Of a stretch of DNA of 64,000 nucleotides, positions 58,534 to 64,000 are shown piece after piece. Below the pieces are notes generated by a model. The model made no database searches, was not told the origin of the DNA, and was given only the letters and a program-made list of their open reading frames with translations. The DNA is from Candidatus Latescibacterota bacterium (lineage in GTDB: Bacteria; Latescibacterota; UBA2968), in the NCBI GenBank assembly GCA_965208125.1, contig OZ242320.1, positions 3,712,001 to 3,776,000 of the forward strand, in the 5' to 3' direction. Both the position numbers and the translations under genes were made by a program. The first letter of the stretch is position 1; every line of letters begins with the position of its first letter.

Positions 58534-59850
58534 TTAATAAACTTTGTCGTCTTTGTTTTTCTTTTTCAGAGTATTTTTAAATCGGCGTTCGGGGGATTGA
58601 GGAACGCGATCGATGAGTTTGTTGGGTTTGCCCATCTGTTTGACCAGATCGAAAGCGTCGTAGAGTTCGCCCACGGCGGTCATTGCGCGGTAGTGCAGGG
58701 TGTCGCCTGAGACGGTGATGATCTGGTAAAGCTGTGTGTTTTCCCCACCGCGCGTCACCCAGGGGTCTTTTCTAAGTTTGAGTTGTTTGGGACCGCTGAC
58801 CGATACGACGTACACAGTGCCTTTGGTCGTGTCGCGCACAGTTACGCCGCTGCCGATGTTGTGTCCCCTGGCATACGTGTGATTGTGACCTTGAAGTACC
58901 AGATCGACGGCGTATTTGTCAAAGATGGGTTTCCACGCTTCGCGCTGGTCTTTGTTGGCGCGGCCTCCCGCCGAAAAGATCGGGTGATGGAATGTGACAA
59001 AGGTCCATTTATTCGGGTTATCTTTGAGTACTTGTTCCAACCATGGGACCTGTTCTTTGTGGCGTTCATTGGAATTGAGTGAGATGATGCGCGCGCCCTG
59101 ATAGTCTATGTAATAAGTCGTTTCCACAAAGCCTTTGGGACCATTTTCGGGCAGAGTGAATTGTGGACGCCATAGGACAGATAGGCGACGTTTGCTCACA
59201 TCTTGATAGTTAGAGTATTCGTGATTCCCCGGTGAAGGAATGCCGGGGATTTTTGCATGGATCCAGTCACCAGATTCAAACCACTCATGCCAGTCGCTGT
59301 CCCTGTTGGCATTGTTGACGAGGTCGCCTGCGTGGATGATGAAATCGGCGTGGGGTGCGTCGAGCACCGCGGTTCGGATAGTGCGCGCCCAAAGAGCGAG
59401 CAAATTGTTTTGTGCATCGCCAAGGTAGATGAAGGTGAATTCATCCGGTTCGGCAGAGGCTGTGCGAAATTGATACCAGGAACTCCAGATGTCGCCGCTG
59501 CCAACGCGATAGGCATAGAGGGTGTTGGGTTTGAGGCCCTTAAATGTGACCGAGTGGAAATGGGCGGCAAGTCTGTTGCGTTTCCATTTTTCAGTGCGTG
59601 CTGTCTCGTTTCTGGCCCATGTGGTAAAATTGGCCGAGGCATTGGCTTCTGCGATCTGACCTTCGGCTTGTGTGATGCTCGTGTCGGTACGCCAGGTGAC
59701 CGATGCCGTGGTGGTAGGGTCTCCCGCCCATGTGAGTACAATGCGGTCGGGAATTTTTTTAGGTGCGCGATCTACGGCAGCGCGGTGATATTCGTTTGCA
59801 TAAGTCGGGACTGTGAACATGAGCGAAAAGATGAGACAGATCAGACGCAT
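58534..59850 (-). CDS. Secreted purple-acid-phosphatase-like metallophosphoesterase, copy B
   Basis: GDAQ, GDLV, GNHE, HHP, GHNH. Confidence 0.88.
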   Translation of the reverse strand: MRLICLIFSLMFTVPTYANEYHRAAVDRAPKKIPDRIVLTWAGDPTTTASVTWRTDTSITQAEGQIAEANASANFTTWARNETARTEKWKRNRLAAHFHSVTFKGLKPNTLYAYRVGSGDIWSSWYQFRTASAEPDEFTFIYLGDAQNNLLALWARTIRTAVLDAPHADFIIHAGDLVNNANRDSDWHEWFESGDWIHAKIPGIPSPGNHEYSNYQDVSKRRLSVLWRPQFTLPENGPKGFVETTYYIDYQGARIISLNSNERHKEQVPWLEQVLKDNPNKWTFVTFHHPIFSAGGRANKDQREAWKPIFDKYAVDLVLQGHNHTYARGHNIGSGVTVRDTTKGTVYVVSVSGPKQLKLRKDPWVTRGGENTQLYQIITVSGDTLHYRAMTAVGELYDAFDLVKQMGKPNKLIDRVPQSPERRFKNTLKKKNKDDKVY

Positions 59851-59883
59851 GGTGGTCTCCGGGTGAGAATTTTTATAAGACCA

Positions 59884-61197
59884 CTAATAAACTTTGTCGT
59901 CTTTGTCTTTCTTTTCAAGGGTATTTTCCCAACGGCGTTCGGGAGATTGAGGCGCGCGATCAATGAGTTTGTTGGGTTTGCCCATCTGTTTGACCAGATC
60001 AAAAGCGTCGTAGAGTTCACCCACTGCGGTCATTGCGCGGTAGCTCAGGGTGTCACCCGAGACAGTGATGACTTGATAAAGCTGTGTGTTTTCCGCACCG
60101 CGCGTCATCCAGCGGTCTTTTCTGAGTTTGTATTGTTTGGGACCGCTGACCGATACGACGTACACAGTGCCTTTGGTTGAGTCGCGCACGGTTACGCCGT
60201 TGCCAATGTTATTCCCTCTGGCATACGAGTGGTCGTGACCCTGGAGCACCAGATCGACGGCGTATTTGTCAAAGATGGGTTTCCACGCTTCGCGCAGGTC
60301 TTTATTGTCGCGACCTTCAGACGCCGAATAGACGGGATGATGGAATGTGACAAAGGTCCATTTATTCGGGTTATCTTTGAGTACTTGTTCCAACCAGGAT
60401 GCCTGTTCTTTGTGGCGTTCATTGGAATTGAGCGAGATGATGCGCGCACCCTGATAGTCTGTGTAATAGGTCGTTTCCGCAAAGCCCTCTGGCCCATTTT
60501 CTGGCAGGGTGAAATGCGGACGCCATAAAACAGATAGATGGCGTTTGTCTCCATTTTTATAGTATTCGTGATTCCCCGGCGTAGAAATGCTGGGGATTTT
60601 TGCATGGATCCAGTCGCCAGATTCAAACCATTCCTCCCATTCACTGTCCCTGTTGGCGCGATTGACGAGGTCGCCTGCGTGGATGATAAAATCGGCATGG
60701 GGCGCGTCGAGTACGGCGGTTCGGATGGTGCGTGCCCACAGAGCGAGCAAATTGTTTTGTGCATCGCCAAAGTAGATGAAGGTGAATTCATCCGGTTCGG
60801 CTGAGGCCGTGCGAAATTGATACCAGGAACTCCAGATATCGCCACTGCCCACGCGATAGGCATAGAGGGTATTGGGTTTGAGACCCTTGAATGTGACCGA
60901 ATGGAAATGTGCAGTATTTCCATTGTGTTCCCATTTTTCAGTGCGCGCGTTTTTGCTCCAGGACCATGTGGTAAAATTGGCCGAGGCATTGGCTTTTGCG
61001 ATCTGTCCTTCGGCTTGTGTGATGCTCGTATCGGTGCGCCAGGTAATCGATGCTGTGGTGGTGGGGTCTTCCGACCAGTTGAGTACAATGCGGTCGGGAA
61101 TTTTTGAGGGTATGGAATCTACGGCAGCACGGTAATGCTCGTTTGCATAAGCCGGGACTGTGAATAGGAGCAGAAGGATGAGACAAATCGGGCGCAT
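59884..61197 (-). CDS. Secreted purple-acid-phosphatase-like metallophosphoesterase, copy A
   Basis: GDAQ, GDLV, GNHE, HHP, GHDH; GGAG RBS. Confidence 0.9.
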   Translation of the reverse strand: MRPICLILLLLFTVPAYANEHYRAAVDSIPSKIPDRIVLNWSEDPTTTASITWRTDTSITQAEGQIAKANASANFTTWSWSKNARTEKWEHNGNTAHFHSVTFKGLKPNTLYAYRVGSGDIWSSWYQFRTASAEPDEFTFIYFGDAQNNLLALWARTIRTAVLDAPHADFIIHAGDLVNRANRDSEWEEWFESGDWIHAKIPSISTPGNHEYYKNGDKRHLSVLWRPHFTLPENGPEGFAETTYYTDYQGARIISLNSNERHKEQASWLEQVLKDNPNKWTFVTFHHPVYSASEGRDNKDLREAWKPIFDKYAVDLVLQGHDHSYARGNNIGNGVTVRDSTKGTVYVVSVSGPKQYKLRKDRWMTRGAENTQLYQVITVSGDTLSYRAMTAVGELYDAFDLVKQMGKPNKLIDRAPQSPERRWENTLEKKDKDDKVY

Positions 61198-61288
61198 GGT
61201 GGTCTCCTGGTGAGAATGTGGGATTGATGTTTCTCTTACAAAGATATACAATGCGTGCCAAATTAAAAAGGCGAAACGCAACTTTTAT

Positions 61289-62038
61289 TCAATCAATTTC
61301 AAGAGAGATTTCGTTGTTGAGTTGTTCGCGTTCGGAGCGAGAATCGGTTGTGGCATAGTGGAGGATGAGCGCTTTGCGCCATGTGTTTGTGTGGTTTATT
61401 TCGCTGTGGTGCAGGGTGCAGCCGTGGTGAAATATGACAGATCCTGCTGGTACGGGACAGGCGACGGATTCGGGGAGTTCGATATTTCTCGTATCGGGTA
61501 TGTGATGTACGGGACGGTCTGGGTCATGGGTGATGTCGAAGATGCCGTGTCTGTGTGAGTTGGGTACATAACGCATACAGCCATTGGTATCTGTGGCCTC
61601 GTCTAAGGCAATCCAGGCGGTGACGAGACCATTGATGGGTTGTACGCGAAAATAGCTCTGGTCCTGATGCGCTGGTTTTGCCTGACCGCCCGGTGGTTTG
61701 AGCAGCATCTGATCGCGAAAAACGCGAATGCGCGGTCCGATCAGGCCGCGCACGAGTGCGAGTAATTTGGGATTTCTGGCAATGGGGTGATAGGTGGGGT
61801 CAAAGCGCACGACAAATGCGAGAACGCGCACACTGTGATTTTGCGCTTCTGGATTTGATTTGTCTGTTACGGTATTGCCTTCAAGGCCAATTGAGATGCC
61901 TTCGGGTGCGCGATCCGGGTCGGCTACAATCTCGTCGGTGCGCTGTATGACGTCGGCGAGTTCTTCTTTTTGAAAGAGGTTTTTTACGACGAGGTAGCCG
62001 TGGGTGTCGTAAAATGTTTTCATACTGGGTTCAAACAC
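61289..62038 (-). CDS. Phytanoyl-CoA dioxygenase (PhyH) family protein
   Basis: GYLVV, HQD, WIALD, NGCM, GSVIFHH..TLH.S; GTG start after AAGGAG. Confidence 0.88.
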   Translation of the reverse strand: MFEPSMKTFYDTHGYLVVKNLFQKEELADVIQRTDEIVADPDRAPEGISIGLEGNTVTDKSNPEAQNHSVRVLAFVVRFDPTYHPIARNPKLLALVRGLIGPRIRVFRDQMLLKPPGGQAKPAHQDQSYFRVQPINGLVTAWIALDEATDTNGCMRYVPNSHRHGIFDITHDPDRPVHHIPDTRNIELPESVACPVPAGSVIFHHGCTLHHSEINHTNTWRKALILHYATTDSRSEREQLNNEISLEID

Positions 62039-62122
62039 GGTGTTCTCCTTTGACGCGGAAAATACAGGTTTAAACACAGTATGTCAAGCGTGTGAATTGG
62101 GGGCAGACTATCATCTCTGCTA

Positions 62123-64000
62123 TTACTCATACCGCAAGGCTTCCACCGGATTTGCTCGCGCAGCTTTGATGGCTTGATAACTGACGGTCAGAAGCGCGAT
62201 GAACAAGGCAATGAGACTGCTCAGGATAAATGTGCTGATGCTTAGATTGATGCGGTACGCGAAGCTCTGTAGCCATTGGTTCATTGCGTAGTATGCAATT
62301 GGCCAGGCGATGAGATTGGCGATGAGGACGAGTTTGAGAAAGTCTTTGGAGAGCAAGCACACAATGCCTGAGACAGAGGCGCCAAGGATTTTGCGAATGC
62401 CGATTTCTTTGGTGCGCTGTTGGGTGGTAAATGCAGCCAGACCGAAGAGGCCGAGGCAGGCGATGAGGATGGCGAGGCCGGAAAAAATTTGGAAGACCTG
62501 GGACATTTGTTGCTCCCGGTTGTAGAGCTTGGCGTAATCCTGATCTAAGAATGTGTAGCTGAACGGCTGATTTGGAGCGAGTTTTTTCCAGGTTTCTTCA
62601 ACCGCAGAAATGGCTTCTGCGACATTGCCGGGGTGGAGACGAATGGCAAGGTACATTGGCATTCGGCGCAGGTAGGGCAATACGAGCGGTTTGATTTCCT
62701 GTTTGAGTGAGCCGATGTGGAAATCGGATACCACACCGATGATTGTTCCTTCGAATTTGCCGAAGTTGTTTGTTTTGAGTTTTTTCCCGAGTGCGGTTTG
62801 CCACCCCAGTGCTTTGACAGCGGATTGGTTGACGAGAAATGCAGAGACATCTGTTGCATGTTCTGTGGGGGCAAAGTTACGGCCTTCTACAATTTCTATA
62901 TTCAGCGCCTCGACGTATTTTTCATCTACCAATGTGTACGTGAGGGATGTTTCTTCGTAATTTGCCGGTTGTTCGGGCATGAAGCGCACGGAATCAAAAG
63001 CTCGTCCTGGTACGCCCGTATTGAATGAGGCGGTAGCGACCTGTGGCAGTGTTTCGAATTGGTTTCTGAATGTCATGACGAATGTCATGGCTTGTCTGGG
63101 AGAGGTCAGATTACGCGGTATGGGTATCCCCTGGAGAATGAGGACGTGTTCTTTGTCAAATCCGAGGTGTTTATTTTGTGCAAAATGAATCTGGTCGCGG
63201 ACGACGAGTGTGCCGACCAGGAGGCTGATGGAAATGCAAAATTGTGCGATGACCAATCCATTGCGAAGATAGGCTTTGCCAGATGATATATATCCTTTGA
63301 GTGCCGTAACAGGCCAGAATGAGGAGAGGTAAAGTGCTGGATACATGCCGGCTGAGAGGCCGACGACGATGATAAGAAAAAATAATCCAATGAGCACATG
63401 GGGCGCGATCAGGCTACCCATTGTGAGATGTTTGTTGGCAAAGCTATTGAGCAGTGGCAGCCCCAATTCGCACAATCCAATTGCCAGAATACTTGAGAAG
63501 GCGACGCAGATGGTGGATTCGGAGAAGAATTGGCGAATGAGTTGCGAGCGGTGAGAGCCGAGGACTTTTCGAATGCCGACTTCTCGGGCGCGGGTTGATG
63601 AACGCGCTGTGGAGAGGTTGACGAAGTTAATGCAGGCGAGTAGCAGGACAAAAATTGCGATGAGTGAAAAGATATAGACATACATGATGTTGCTGTTTGC
63701 TGTGATTTCATATCTGAGGTTCGAATGTAAATGGATGTCTGTGAGGGGTTGAATGAGGTAGTTGGTGTAGTCGCCTGACTGAGAAGGTCTTTCGCTCAAG
63801 ATGTGTTCGCGAACATAAGTGGTAAATTTGGTTTGCAATTCGGAGGCAGATGCCCCGGTTTTTAACATGAGGTACGTATAAACAGTGGCCGATCCCCAGT
63901 CCGATTTTCTGCGCTCGATAATGGGGAGGGTTTTGAGGGGTGCGAGAAAGTCGAAGTGAAAGTGGGACTGGGGTGGGAATGCTTTGACCACGCCCGTGAC
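62123..64000 (-). CDS. MacB/FtsX-type ABC transporter permease (partial, 5' end off the window)
   Basis: LACINFVNLSTARS..RAREVGIRKVLG, RTKEIGIRKILGAS, NPVEALRYE. Confidence 0.92.
   Translation of the reverse strand, partial: VTGVVKAFPPQSHFHFDFLAPLKTLPIIERRKSDWGSATVYTYLMLKTGASASELQTKFTTYVREHILSERPSQSGDYTNYLIQPLTDIHLHSNLRYEITANSNIMYVYIFSLIAIFVLLLACINFVNLSTARSSTRAREVGIRKVLGSHRSQLIRQFFSESTICVAFSSILAIGLCELGLPLLNSFANKHLTMGSLIAPHVLIGLFFLIIVVGLSAGMYPALYLSSFWPVTALKGYISSGKAYLRNGLVIAQFCISISLLVGTLVVRDQIHFAQNKHLGFDKEHVLILQGIPIPRNLTSPRQAMTFVMTFRNQFETLPQVATASFNTGVPGRAFDSVRFMPEQPANYEETSLTYTLVDEKYVEALNIEIVEGRNFAPTEHATDVSAFLVNQSAVKALGWQTALGKKLKTNNFGKFEGTIIGVVSDFHIGSLKQEIKPLVLPYLRRMPMYLAIRLHPGNVAEAISAVEETWKKLAPNQPFSYTFLDQDYAKLYNREQQMSQVFQIFSGLAILIACLGLFGLAAFTTQQRTKEIGIRKILGASVSGIVCLLSKDFLKLVLIANLIAWPIAYYAMNQWLQSFAYRINLSISTFILSSLIALFIALLTVSYQAIKAARANPVEALRYE

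Noticed and set aside
57174-61197. Diversity-generating retroelement TR/VR explanation for the paralogue similarity
   Set aside because: There is no reverse transcriptase, the similarity spans whole genes, and the differences are not adenine-specific.

Overview
A bacterial chromosomal segment of roughly 50% GC. The gene repertoire (NHL/FG-GAP/dockerin-like surface protein, TonB receptor, several enolase/DapA/Gfo/PhyH/sulfatase paralogues) suggests an FCB-group organism such as Latescibacterota or Gemmatimonadota, possibly a sponge symbiont; this is inference only. The left half holds two divergent housekeeping operons. Minus strand: yicC-gmk-rpoZ-coaBC-udg-dnaB-radA-kptA-diadenylate cyclase-GT-TPR-moxR-DUF58-ABC-oxidoreductase. 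Plus strand: lepA-lepB-hemW-thrB-SLBB-Wzz-MetE-like-NHL/FG-GAP-tsaC. These are followed by an alginate-export-type porin, recD2, tesA/ybbAP, cinA and purM. The right half is accessory catabolic DNA. I found no rRNA, tRNA, CRISPR, integrase or transposase. The most notable items are: (1) two multi-gene blocks, each bracketed by a short direct repeat without a recombinase (51 bp duplicating a dapA-like gene start; about 35 bp of a hairpin); (2) several families of short-period and REP-like repeats at gene junctions, often overlapping stop codons; (3) a highly structured 0.5 kb intergenic region with a CGCCAA-loop, antisense-RNA-like hairpin; (4) a radA-kptA-DacZ-like cyclase linkage; (5) a Tat-exported, phage-tailspike-like beta-helix protein; (6) three tandem, mosaic metallophosphoesterases with diverged active-site loops.
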